A DNA stretch of 64,000 nt from Gnetum montanum (lineage: Eukaryota; Plantae; Gnetophyta). This document shows, piece after piece, positions 37,253 through 50,900 of this stretch (within the stretch, counting starts at the first letter, position 1; each line of letters begins with the position of its first letter). The notes beneath the pieces are model-generated. The model worked only from the letters and a program-made list of their open reading frames with translations. It made no database searches and was not told the DNA's origin. The translations under genes and the position numbers were made by a program. The DNA lies in the NCBI GenBank assembly GCA_015680685.1, contig MNCI01001481.1, forward strand, positions 14,395 through 78,394. The letters run 5' to 3'.

Positions 37253-38143
37253 TGATGAGTCATGTCTTGCAAGGTTGTGACATCATATATCTGATATTGG
37301 GGCCACAGTGTCAGGTATTCAATATTGGGGCACAACCTTTGAGGTTGGGCATACAATATTGCCCCTTCAGTGCTAGCTTATAAATACCACAGTTGGCTGC
37401 ATGGTTAGGAGATAGTTTTGTTGATAAATTTTAGATAGCATTTTTATAGATTTTTGATTCCAAGTTCTATTATTTTCTAGTGCATGCCCGCAGTGTGATG
37501 TTAAGTGATTGTATGACATCCTTATTTGAGTGTGATGTACTTGGATGCATTACATGATTGGAAATTAAGATCGAGATTACTTTCATCATTGTAGCATTCA
37601 CTTAGATTTATCATTACTTTCAATTGTTTAATCGTTTACTATTCTCCTTAGTTAATGTTTCCATTTATTGCTTTTTATTATTCTTGTCATTAAGCAGAAT
37701 GAGTAAGACTAATTGCAAACACTTAAGTGTAATTACTTGGTAGCCTAGCAGTGTATTGTTTGGTGCACCTAGTGACATACACTTGGTAATTTCAACTATA
37801 GCTACACGAAGTCCAAGGCATGTACGAACGATTAGAAATGAATACTTATTGCACATAAACTAGTTTATATTTTACTTTTCATTACTAATTAGTTTAATTA
37901 ATCCATCTATTTATTATTATTAGGAGTAGCTTAGGGCTAGACAACTTCAATCATCATATGCCTCACTTTGGACTAAACCCTGCATGACAAAGCTACCACT
38001 AGTCTAAGTGGGAAGACAATGAATTATGATCAAGGCATAATGATTTAGATGTACAACTAGTCCCATCCACAGAATTCAACTGGATTATGTGTGAATGCTT
38101 GTGATTCATATGGTTGGGCATAGGGGTACCTTACCTCTCATCA
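37253..38143 (+). repeat. 3' LTR of element C
   Basis: Follows the PPT; (G/C)ATATTGGG repeats, TATAAATA at ~37379; body matches the reverse complement of the element D LTR. Confidence 0.88.
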
Positions 38144-38299
38144 ACTTTGAATCTCAAGTCAACATGTGGAGCATGTTTATCTCAAGGTACATAATATGAC
38201 ACCTAAATAAGAGAACTTGAGTTATGAAGATAAGGTATTGATCAAGGAGCCTAATGATTACTCCTTTTATAAGGTGTCAAAACTATGATGGAAATTCCT

Positions 38300-41200
38300 G
38301 AAAGTTAATAGTGTAATGCTTAATCACTTGCTAGTGATAAATAGGATCAAAATGGTTCGTGCTCGTGTTGAACATCTAGATGTCCCATATCTTTAGGAAT
38401 TGAACTCAAGAGTGAAGCATAAGCTCTTCATAGCTTAGAATTTTGTGCATCAAAATTACATGGAACAAATGAGGGATATCATTGATGATATCCAAGCCTT
38501 GATGGATGACGTCGTACAAAGGATGGTCAAGAAGAAGAAATTGGAGGACCATGTCATTGTTCAAGAAAAGGTAGTGACATCTAGTTCAAGGTGTTCTACC
38601 CAAAATTTTTAAGTTAAAGAGCTCAAGATGTATAATGGTGATCTTGATGAAAAACTCTTAGCTACTTTCATCCTTGAGATGGAGTGCTTCCTTGAAATGA
38701 ATGATTATCTAGAGAAAATGAAGGTTTGCATCATCTTCTAATTTCTAGATGGTGTTACTTAGATTTGGTGGCTTGACATTATTTGCAAATAAATTCTAAA
38801 ATGGATTATATATTAATGAAAACATGGGATGACCTCAAATATTATTTCATTGAAAACTTTCATCCAGGTACTTCTATTAATAAAAATTAGGCAAAGTTGA
38901 AAGAACTCTAATAGATAGGGAAGTTGGAGGACTACCTATATGAATGTTAAGAAGTGATCTTACAAATCTCCATAATGGATAAGGAGTCAAAGTTCCACCT
39001 CTTCTTTAATGATATGAAACCATGGGCTCAATGGGAGATCAAAATTTGCAAGATCCTAGACTATAAGGAAGTATTGAAATTTATAGCTAATTTGGTAGTC
39101 GATTTGAAGCCTTAAAAGTAGAAAAAGAATAAAGCTAAAACATTAAGAATAGATATCAATTGGTTTTGGACTTGTTTGGCCAACTAGTGAGAGCTTGAGT
39201 TATGTCTCAACTTGACTTTCACTAAGTTTACTATTAGGTGTGGATTATAGAGGGTGATGAAGAAAAGATAACATGTGTCACTTATTATGATTCATACAAG
39301 TGGATAATCATGCCTTTTAGGTTGTGCAATGCTCTTGCTACATTTTGCATGCTCGTGAATAAGGTATTTCATCCATTCTTTGACAAGTTCATAGTGGTGT
39401 ACCTTGATGATATTTCAATATAATTTCACTCAATGGATGATCATCTTTAGTATCTAGATTTGGTGTTCTAAAAATTATAAGAGTACAAACTATATGTTAG
39501 GTAGAAGAAGTGTGAATTTGGCAAGCTAGAGCTAAAGTTCCTAGGCCACATTGATGATGGTAAGGTAAATATAGATCTAAAGAAAGTGAAGGTCATTATC
39601 ATTTGACCTATTCCAAAAGATGTGTATTAGCTACAAGAACTTTTGGGGTTGATGAGTTACTATAGGAAGTTTGTTCGAGGGTTCTCTAAAATGATAGTAG
39701 GATCAATGAACTTGCAAAAAAAAAAAGGATGTTTCTTGGAATTGGAGCCACCACTATTAGGAAGAATTTGACAAAATCAGGATGACTTTCATAACTTAGC
39801 CCATGTTAGCCTTTTCTAACTTCTTAAAACCATTAAAAGTATATAAAGATACTTCACAAGAGGTGATTTGTGGGTTACTTTTTCAAGATAGCCATCCCAT
39901 GGCATTTGAGTTAAAGAAGTTGGACTAGACTAAGTAGTTGTGGTTGGTACATGAAAAGGAGACATTTGTCATTGTGCATTGTTTGTGCACATGGTGATAC
40001 TATTTCCTTGGTAGACTTTTGGTAGTTAAAAATAACAACACTATCATGAGGTACCTTCTTAACTAGTCTAAGTTAAAGCTAAAGCAAGCTTGATGGTTGG
40101 GCATGTTCCAAGAGTTCGACCTTTGGTTTTTTTATCAACAAGGTAGAAATAATATGGTTGTAGCTACTTTGAGTAGACATTCTTAGGTAAACATGATGGA
40201 AGTTGTGGGGAAATTCAATAGCTCTTGAGTGATGGCTAATCATGAACTTTGATAAAAGATCAAGAATAGATTGTAGCATGATTAGTATGCTTAGGAGTTA
40301 TTAAAGTTGGATTATGATTGAGGTAACTTAAATTTTAACAAAGTAAATGACTTGCTCATGTCTTAGCAAACTTTAATCTATGTCCTTGATTAGGGTGCAT
40401 TAAGTTTTTAAATCATTAATGAATACCATAACACTCTTTGAGCTATTCATCTAGGTCATAAACATACAATTGCATTGGTGGGGCAACAGTTCCATTAGCC
40501 TAATTTAGGCATTGATATAACTAATTTTATACAAAGTTGTTTTGTCTATTAGTAGAACAAAAGTTTCAATGAGAAACTATAGGGCTTGATTTACTCCTTG
40601 AAAATTCCATAGTTATAATGGATGGTTGTCTCCATGGAATTTATCATAAGAACTTTCATAGTACATGGATTTTCCAACATCCTTATAGTTGTAGATAAAT
40701 TCTTGAAGTATGTCATCTTCATTTCATGATGTACTCCTTGCATAGTTAAGGATGTAACATCCTTGTTCTTTGGTAATAGTGTGAAATCCTTTAGATTACC
40801 ATTAAGCATCATTTTTTATCGTGACTCCTATTTCATGGGGGATTTCTAGTGGAAGTTATTTGAAATTTTAGAGATAAAGATATACATGTTCTTAGGGTAC
40901 TATCCTTAAACAAATGGATAGATAGAATGGATCAACAAGGTTCTTGAAGAATATCTTTATCATTTCATCTGGTTTGATTAAACAAACTAGATAGCTTTGT
41001 TACCTATGGGTTAGTTCAGCTATAACATTTAGAAGTTGCTAGCCACAAGATTTTCTTTGGCAAAGTTAGCATTAGAAAGACAACCATTAATTCCTCAACT
41101 AGTGAAAACCTCCCATGAATGTTTTAATCCTTTAGTGGATGAATTCATTCAATATTAAATAGATCATATTCATGTTACCATATTGTACTTGGAAAAGTTC

Positions 41201-41330
41201 CTTCAACAAATGAAAAAACAAGTAGATAATGGAAGGAGGTTGTTGAAGTTTATAGTGGATGAGTGGATCTTGTTAAAAATGGATTATGTGAGGGAGATAA
41301 GGCTAAAGAAGGGTGCTAACTAGAAGTTTC
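38300..41330 (+). pseudogene. Decayed chromovirus-type Ty3/gypsy gag-pol (gag, partial RT, RNase H, integrase)
   Basis: RT ..GDEEKITCVT..MPFRLCNALATFCMLVNKVFHPFFDKFIVVYLDDI (39238-39423); RNase H HEKETFVIVHCL (~39950); integrase WMVVSMEFI and TNG.IEWINKVLEEYL remnants (40620-40960); protease and RT N-terminus apparently deleted. Confidence 0.85.
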
Positions 41331-42882
41331 TCAGGTGATATTGTTATACCCACTTTGACTTTTATTTTACATGAGTTAAAAGTTCCAGATTTGACATTTC
41401 ATGTTACCAGCCACATTGTTTCTGTTTTTTCTTCAGCATTCATCAAAGATAACATCTCACATCACCTGCAATATTATTTTCTAGGATTCTTATCTTCAAC
41501 ATTTAGTTTTAGTTTCCAATATCATCTCCTACATTAATTCTAACTTTAGCTTCTTCAATACTCTTCTTAATGTACAACGTTATTTTGATCTTTGACATCC
41601 TACATCAATCCTAGTTTTGATGTATGATATCATTTTTCACATCAACTATTTTTGTATTATTTCTCATATTCATATTCTTCTAGAATATTTTTTTAAGCCC
41701 AATGCATCATTTCTTCATGATCTATAAGGCATTCTAACCTTTAAATAGGAGGATATTTCTAAATTGAAAGTAGTTGATTAGGTTTTGACTTTGACACTTA
41801 AACATTTGGTATTTGGAGAGTTCTTCAAAAATAGCTTCTCTAAAAAGCATTCATTCTTCTGATGATGATCAAAAAGCTCTCTGTGATCCTTAGTACTTTA
41901 GAGTCCTTTTTAATTTTTCTCTCTCCATGCTGATACATTTGTGTCCCCTTTGTGTTATCCTTGTGAGACATGGAGAATCCCTTGGATCTAGATCAACATA
42001 TAGAATTAATTCCATTTTCCTTCCTGTTACTTTTATTAGCTTCTTATTTGTAGTGGTTTCATTAGATCTACATCAAGCATACACATCAAAAAGAGAATGG
42101 GTAAAACAACTTCTTATCAATTATTCTTGATCCTTAATCCCATCTCATAGGATTATCACTACATCCTTCCAGGTTCTTTTCTTGGATATCACATTCTTTG
42201 TATTGTTTATTTGTTTTTGAGGCATGATTTCAATGAACTTGTTTTTATTTATCTTGTGGTTCTACGTTTTTTAAACCATATGCATGCTATTGTTATGTAG
42301 ATCTAATTATATGAAATGTTTTTATTATATTGTGTATGCATTTTCCATTTATCTATTTTTTTTTCATTAGCTATTCCACACACATTTTTTTCCTTGTTAC
42401 TTACTAATGTTTGGCAAAAAAGTTGTTGTAGATTGTTGGGCTTTCAAATAATTTGCAACTCCTCTTTTGATTTGGAGAATTTAATTCTTTAGACAATTTG
42501 GTATCCACAAAATTAATTAGCTTATTTTTGCATTAAGTTGTGTCGAACCTCAAAGTATGATGATTCTTATCATAATACATTTCTGGTGCTAGAAGAAGGC
42601 TCTTTGAGAAATTAACATTATTTTAAGAATGATCTTTGTATAGACATTTTCTAAGTCTAAAAAATATATTACATCAAAAGTCTAACATCACATCATTTCT
42701 CCTGTGACTTTTACATTTGTCCCAAATAGAGAATTTTCACTTTTTATTTCAAGTACAAACCTATTTTCAAGAAAAGCTGAAGCTCTAATAATAACCTTGT
42801 GAAGTTATAGTTCTTTTCACAATACATTCATAGCTATGGAATTGTCTTATGATTAAAGTTTCTCTAAACTTCAAAAGCTTAG

Positions 42883-43747
42883 TGATGAGCAGCTAGGTAC
42901 CCCTACACCCAACCATGCAAATCACGGGCATTCACATGCGACTTGGTCGAATTCCATAGACTGTAAGCACTTTACATACACCAGACCTTAACTAGCAAAA
43001 CCCTTTTTTAGAATGGTCGTTGTCTTCCCAACCTCACTTGTGATGTTCTAGTGGCGATGGTTATGTGAGATTGAGACAACTGATTTTTATGGCTTTTAAG
43101 GTATGGAATATTATGTAATCTATAATTATCATAATCTATATCTTAACCATTCCTAGCATAAGTATCCAGTCCCATCTTCCAGGCACGTCTTGAAAATCCC
43201 CTAACCACTACTAGATTACCAGATGTTAAGCGTCACTGGGTTGCCAAGCGTTGGGTTCACGTTCAATATGGTTGTACTTATGGTTTTACGAACTATAAAA
43301 GAGTGATAGCGATGGAAATAACAACAATAGAAACTTAAGTAATTATCAAAGCATGAAAATATTAAACTATTAAATGCATTAAATGACTAAGTCCAAATGC
43401 TGCAAGGAATGCTTGAAAAGCTCATCTTTATTGTCATTCATGCCCATGGGCTCAGATACATCAGCGTTCGAATAAAGAGCCAAACACCTTTCTTACACCT
43501 ACTGTGGGCACTTGGAAAATATTCTAACTCTCGCGGAAACAAACTACAAGAGCTTTTCTACAACTAACAAAAAGGTACCTAAGTGTGGTAGGAGCCCACT
43601 TATTTATAGGCTGAAACAGGCACTGCGTAAATGGGGCCACATCGACACATGGAAGGAAGCGTCGACAGAGCTGCGTCGATGCAGCTGCGTATACGGGGTC
43701 CCATATATGCGGCCTAGTAAACGCATTGACCGTCTAGCACTTCATCA
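42883..43747 (-). mobile_element. Solo LTR of the Athila-like lineage (865 bp)
   Basis: TGATGAG..TTCATCA termini; 5-bp TSD CTTAG at 42878-42882 and 43748-43752; no PBS or PPT; homologous to the other LTRs. Confidence 0.93.
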
Positions 43748-44699
43748 CTTAGTAACCTAAAAAGAAATTAGAGATTCTTAGAAGTGCTAGGCTTAAGGGA
43801 CTACAAGATAGCCTATGCTAAATAAGAGCTAGAGTTCTTACTTACACCTAATATGTTTAAGCTAATGGTAGCATATGGGCAAGCTAATCATCTATTGTCT
43901 TTTCTTTCTAATCTAGATCATCCAATTGAGTTGGATCATGGAGAAGCCATGGAAATTGTAGAGTTCATCATAAAGCAAGAAAACATGCAGGAAAAGATAC
44001 ACTTATAGATCAAAAAGGTTAGGATGAAGACTATCTTGGATCAACCTCTTAGTCCTCACATTACTATTTGAGAAAGAGGAGGAAGCATAGCCTCTAAATT
44101 AGAAATCCATCTAATAGATGAAGATGAAGAGAAGTTAGCCAAGAAGCTTGATAAAACTGATTCTTTATATATCATATGCATAATATCAATATTATAGCTA
44201 TTCAAAGTCCTTCACATGGATTTTTTCCTTCTAGCACATGACCACTTAGCCTTTTCATAAGCTCTTTTCCTCTATCTTATCATCTATTTCCTCTTAATAA
44301 TGTTAGAAATACCCATTCCATCTTTCAATCTTGTGTTTCTCCTTTTGGATCTACATACTATATTCCTTAACCTTAGTGTACCATACCTCCTTTTTAGTCC
44401 ATTTTACTTCCTACTTATACTACTCTATTGCTATTCAATGTTTTCCAACCTACTAGTATACCTTCTTTTTTTATATACTAGTCTAATTTAGTTTTTTCGG
44501 GTATACCTACTTCTACTACATTCAGACCCATTTCATAGATGCATCTTCATTTAACGTCATCTCTCACTACTGATGATCAAATTATTTCTCACCTTCCTAG
44601 AACACATCTATAGCTATTAGAATTACTTAATAATGTTATGCTTCATCTCTAAAGCACCAAAGACAAAACAAGTAAGGCCTTGCAAATACAAAGAAATTC

Positions 44700-45300
44700 T
44701 CTTATTTTCTTAGATTAGGTCCTAAGTAATCCTATAAGCACTATTTTTTCCTTGCAAGTTCTCTCTAAGGGAGTTTCACTTCCATCTTTTATAAAATACA
44801 ATGAAAAAATAGGGGATATTATGAACCATGTAGTTACATTTAGGAATTAATGCATGCTTCTTTCTCCTTACCCTCACGTTGTGTTAAGATGTTTTTCTAA
44901 CTATCTTTTTAGAAGAGTTTTAAAATGGTATAAATCCTTATCTCATGGATCTATTAACTCTCTAGAGTAATTACTTGTAGCTTTTATTGAATGCTTCAAA
45001 TTTAATGTACATCAAAGCATTAGTGTCATATTCTTTGTAGTCATCAAGGAGGTTCCAAATGCACCTATTAACAAATTTATCTCTCAATGGATAACAATAT
45101 CAACTAAACTATCATACCAGTTGGAGAAATATAGGATATCTTTGAAACTATAGTTATTAACTTCATTCAGAAGAGGATGACTTATCCTACGCCTCATTCT
45201 CTAAATGATGCTTTCTTGGCTACCAGACACATTGAAGATGCCATCATCAAATGTGATGACTAGGAATTCTTGTTAATTTGTAACAAGGCGAACAAAGCTA
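44700..45300 (+). pseudogene. Tat/Ogre-like gag remnant (old host element)
   Basis: LPSFIKYNEKIGDIMNHVVTF..VLKWYKSLSHGSINSLE*LLVAFIECF matches the gag core pattern. Confidence 0.7.
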
Positions 45301-46549
45301 TGAAACGAGAGCAGGGAAAATTAACTAATTAAGATGTTTCTTCTCTTTTTAAGGAATAAAAAATGCTTTCTCCACTTTTGCTACTTCAACTTAGCAATGT
45401 AGACCTCAAAGAAGTAGGGATTAGTACACCAAGATATCCATGAGTTGCTCTTTGCTTTTTAAAAATCTTTTTAGGAATAGCTACCTTAATAGGAAGTAAG
45501 TTTCTAATCAAATGATAGAGTGTTAGTGTCAAAATTAGTTTATAGAAATGGATTAATCTTAGAGACAACAAGATAACCCTGAGATTTCTAAGTATTATGA
45601 CTATAAAAAATATTACTATTATCATGAGACTACCAATCATGACATAGATTACTGCATAAATATAAAAGATGAAATTTAGGATCTCATAGATAAGGGTAAG
45701 GTAATAGGGAAAAGTGAACCATCCACTATGCATTTAGATAATCAATATCTGGACATATTTCAAAACCCCTTAAAAGTTGAAAACACTATTTTAGCCTTCA
45801 AGCCAAAATATAAAACTTGTAACTCTTCTTCTAGAAAGCCTCACATCATCCACTAGTCTCATTACAAGCATCGCCAACAATCTCCACCTGAATTTCAAAA
45901 ATCTTGATTTGATTATGCTTCTCCTTCATCAAAGCCAAATTACTCTCTTTCAACTCATTATTGCATTTCTTTTATTCAACCTAACCAAAATCCAGCTATG
46001 TCTTGTTCCACTTTTGTTACTTAGGATATTCATTCATTCTACTCCCATCCTATTCCATATCATGCTCATTCCTAAAATATCCATTCACCAACTATATCCC
46101 AAGTATCTAGTCATTCTTTTTCATCATCCTAAGTCATAATCCTTACTCATAGCCAACAAATCAACAAGTCATGATTAGACAAGCAAAAGGAAAAAGCTAT
46201 TGATGCATAGAAGTAATTTTCTAACATATTAAAGAAGATTTCCTTTCAGCAACAATAGGAAACCGTTCCTTCAAGTAGTCTCCCATCTTCATCTAATCTC
46301 ATATAGCTAGTCACAATGGCACCAGCCCCATAGGCATTTCAGTCTATAGTTAACAAGGTCCTATTGTAGATAACTACTATTATTTGTTAGAAGGGAGCTA
46401 ACTTGTCATTGTATGATCTTATAGCAACCTATAAAGAATATCATATAGATTTATATGATGTTCTTAAGAGAATTATGGTCCCAATTGACATTTCAACTAA
46501 GACAAAGGCTATGTCTTCCTTTCTTTAAGTCCCTCATTATGGATTAAAT

Positions 46550-46980
46550 AGTTTGAACTTCTATGGTAAGAACATCAAGGTTGATTTAAAGAAAGGAGAC
46601 ATCTCTCAATTACCATTCTATATCACCATCAAAGTGTTACTTGATGATTCAATTCCATTGATGCCTATTGATGATGGTGCTAGATCTAATGTGATCACAT
46701 GGACTATTATCAAGCATCTTGGTCTTCATGATCAGATAGCTTTCAATGAAACCTACATTAATTTTGATTCATTTAATGGCATGTGAGTAGAAATTATATA
46801 GGTTTATATTCATAATAGATGATTCTATATAATTTGAAGCCCTCTTTATGATCATATGCAAATATCCTAGTGTTAATAGAATACTAGAATATCCTTGGCT
46901 AGCTTAACATCATGTAGTATCATCACCTATACATTAAGAGATTCACTTCCCTTTTCATAACCATGAGATAGTAATCTTAG
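46550..46980 (+). pseudogene. Tat/Ogre-like aspartic protease remnant
   Basis: PFYITIKV..MPIDDGARSNVITWTIIKHLGL..FDSFNG resembles the LIDxGSSxNI protease motif. Confidence 0.7.
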
Positions 46981-47949
46981 CTAATACATAGATTTCAAGT
47001 GTCTCTAGTATAGATTGTGAAGCTTAACCTTATTAGCTTAGTGGTGAACTAGCTAATATCAAAGTTAAAGCTATAGAGAAATCTACAATTGTCTCTTCTT
47101 CTAAGGACTTTGTTAATGCCAAAAACTTGATAGACCTAAATGATGAGTCTACCTCTAATATTAGATTTATTGACTTAGATTTTAAAGAACTTGATATATA
47201 TATGCCCAAGGAAAAAGTTTCCTCCTATCCTTCTTAATAAACTGCTCAAAAGTTCATTGCCAATGCTATAATGCTAGATGCATGAGCTTTTAGATTTTCC
47301 AATAGCTTTCTTTACTGTATCTCCTAATTGGTAGAAATGTCCTAGTACCTGTTAGATATACCTTAGCTTTTTTAGTTTCATGATTTGCTATTTTTAGACA
47401 ATGATAGATGGTGAATGGTTCAACATTAATGCTTTACATTATTTTCATAATCATCATGACATAATAATGATTTATGGAAAATAAACATAAGGATGTCATA
47501 ACATTTGATGTCACATGACAATTACATGTTGAATTCCTATATGAAATACTTTATTATTCATTTACTATTTTTTCCTAAGTGATACACATCTACCAGTGCT
47601 TGTTAGGACCATATTTAACTATTACATTAATGATCTATTAGTATGCTTTTACTAGTCATTTATTATTAGTAGATAATGTTAAGTTATAAGTGATTACTTA
47701 ATGTTAACACACTATGTCATTTTTATTAATATCATGATATAGAGATAGTTAAGTGGAAATGATGTAAACATAATTTCTATTACTCTTTGAATTCTTATAA
47801 CCTATTCATGTCATAACATTTGATGTTGGATATTATTTCTCAAAACATCATTTATACTTAATATTTTACAAAGGATTAGTCTTCCACATTAATGATACAT
47901 ACAAAATCAATTTATGAATAATAAAACTTTATTGGCTTTATTTATCATC

Positions 47950-50900
47950 CCCCATGACTGCTTGCTCTTCCTTCTCATCAATTTGCATGAGAGTAGGTTT
48001 TGTTGCTGGTCTTTAGTTGTTTTTTCTAGGGTCTACATAAAAAATCAAGAAAAATAGGTAGTTAATTTTATTTTTTCATGTTAATAAGAGAAAATAAAAT
48101 AACTTCCTAAGATGTTAATACTTACATTATGTCTCATTATACATCTCTAATATCCTTTCTTCTATCTCTTCCAAGCTCAAGTTGGTTATATCCAATGTGT
48201 TAAAAGTTGAACTTAGAATCCTTTATAGAATACTCACTCATTCCTTATCATAGAATCTTATTTCTTCTGGGATGATATCATCATCATCTTCCTCTTCTAC
48301 AAGATCCTCTTCTGGATCCCTTTGCTGCTCCTCCAATGTGGTAATCATGACATTATTAGCAAAACTTTGAAATAACTCTTCTAACTTTGTTTGTTTGATA
48401 AAAAAATATCCTTATTTTATTATCCAAATATAAGCCTTTGTTTTTTTATTAGTCTATGATACTCTCTTTTATACCACTTCTTATTCGTTTGATACTTTCT
48501 ACCCTAACTTTCTCATGTTGTCGCATAATTTCTTAAATTGGTTATGGAACATGTCATCACTAGTACTAATCTCTTGTGCTCCATTAAAGCCCTATGAAAT
48601 TCCATGGCTTTATTTTTTTTCTCTAGTATGCATGGAAAGGAGAATTATGCCTAACCATGTTGTTGCCTCTTATTTCAATGTTTAGAAGCTCTACCTAGTT
48701 AAACAACATATATATTTGCCACTCATGCTCATCTTCTTTCTTTCGCACTTGTTTCAAGGAGTATAGGAGTATGTTGTTTGTATTAGCTTATTCAATATCT
48801 AGTACTCCCATGTCCTTAGCGTAGTTTAGAGTTACACGTATTTTATCTACATCCATCTTTTCTACTGCAATGTTTACATTCACAACTAAATCATGGAATG
48901 TTACATGATCTTTATTTAGTTTAAGTTTTATTTTTTCATGATAAATAGAGGACACCAAATTCTTTATTAGTATTGTTAAACATTATTCTTTAATAATAAT
49001 GTTTAGCTTACTTACCTTCTCTTCATGTCTTCTACCAAACACTCCAAAATTAGTTGCTTCTCCTTAATGCAAATATAGATTTTCTTTTTCATCTCTAAAA
49101 AGAGACAATAATGATTAAGTCATTTTTAACATTTGTAAAAATCTATGTAACATCTTTTGATATAATGCCAAAACATACTTACCATATGATTTGGAGAGTT
49201 TCAAACTCATCATCGTCTTTATCCACTTGCAAATCTTTAAATCATTTGAAATTGATTTGCTAGTTGGAGGAGTGACATTTGTAGGAAGTGGAGAAATGAT
49301 CTTCATTTTTGGTAGTTCATCCCTTTCTCTGTCCTAGCTCTCTTGCTCCTATTAACCTATTTTAACAAGGTTTAAAGCAAAGATATTAGAAAAAGAAAAA
49401 TTTTCTCTATTTCCTTCTTTGTTTGCCTCTGATGAAAGCAAATCATTCAAGAAATCTAGTTCCTTTTTACTCATATCTTCTTTCTAATCTTTAGGGATTG
49501 AAGGAAGACTAGAATGTAGCTTCTTTGCTTTTCATTTTAAGGCTCTCCTTTCTTATGTAGCTTTTGCAAAATGAGCAAAGTATTAGTACCATATCATTAT
49601 TCATTGACATCAAAACTATAAACTATGTTACATCATTTAGACTTAGCAAAATATAATGAAATAAGAAATTAAATTATTCTTTCTTATATCTTCTCCTAGA
49701 AGATCTTTATTTTAAGAGTCTTCAAGGAGATATTTTACTGCTTTGAAAGAGATTTTCTCTTTCTTGAAGCTTTTCCCTTCTCAATAGTTCTAGAGGTGTT
49801 TCCCAAAAGCCCCTCCTTTCCTACTTCTGTATGTCCACTTATTTTTTTATGAGGTTCCTTAATGCTTTTAGACATTAATGAACTTACTTCTTCCTTGGTC
49901 TTTGACACTAATGTTAAAGGACCACCACCACTAATGCTTTGTGTAGACATTAGACTCCTTAAGTGTTGGCATAGTGGAGGCCTAAATTCTATCTCACAAG
50001 AAACATTTGCTTGCTTCTCTTTTCCTTTGGCCAACAAAGTTTCTAAAACCTTTATTAAGCAATAGTAAAATTCAAAATTTAGCCTTTTACTTACCATATT
50101 CTTTTTAAATTTTTTTTTTGTTCTCCTATGATAGTTTCTCTATGTATTCAACTACCCCATGACAAATCATTAGTGCCTAGTCAACTAGCCTTCCTTAGGA
50201 CACAACTCCATATAACCCATACAACCTTAGTCTTCATAAGGATTAACTCCCATTTTTGCCTATCTTATTATAAAATAGCCTCTTAGTGAATAAGGTGAAT
50301 AACTTCTTCAAGTCCTTATTGATTTACTTGTGCATGTTGATGATGTCCCTCTTCTCTAATCTTGTCCACTACTCTACAATTGATAGTTCTACTAAATCAA
50401 GCTTTGAACTATTAATTTTTATTTTCCTCTCCTAGAAGCCTAATCAATACCTTAGCATAGTTGGATCTCAAGTGATGATAACTTGCTTTCGATCTACACA
50501 AATCACAAAAATAGCTTTCTTTACCAAGTAGCCTTTTATTAGACCCACATTTTGTTGCTGCATCAAGGTAGGAATGCTTTGATCCTAAAGCATACAAAAT
50601 TCCCACCTTGTTAAATTTATTGAAATATCTCATGCCTTCTCCCTCAAATAACTACTTTTGAGCACTTTATTCTTCACTAGTATATCTAACTTCAAATTCT
50701 TCTACTATTCCCATGATTTCAATAAATTTTACATCATTGATGCTTATTTGAGCTTCAAATAAGCACATCTAATTGCTAATATAAATCTCTTTTATTTTTC
50801 TACTAATAAAAGCTAAGTATATGATTATACTTACTTTTAGTCCTTAGGATAATCCTTGATCTCTTCAGCCACTCTACCATTTCTTCATTAATTCATTTCA

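Larger units (their letters stand above)
29870..38143 (+). mobile_element. Athila-like element C (gag + ORF2 + 3' LTR; no pol; 5' LTR not found), strongly decayed
   Basis: gag remnant colinear with element D; ORF2 colinear with element A; PPT TTAGTTGTGAGGGTA (37238-37252); LTR 37253-38143 TGATGAG..CTCATCA. Confidence 0.85.
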
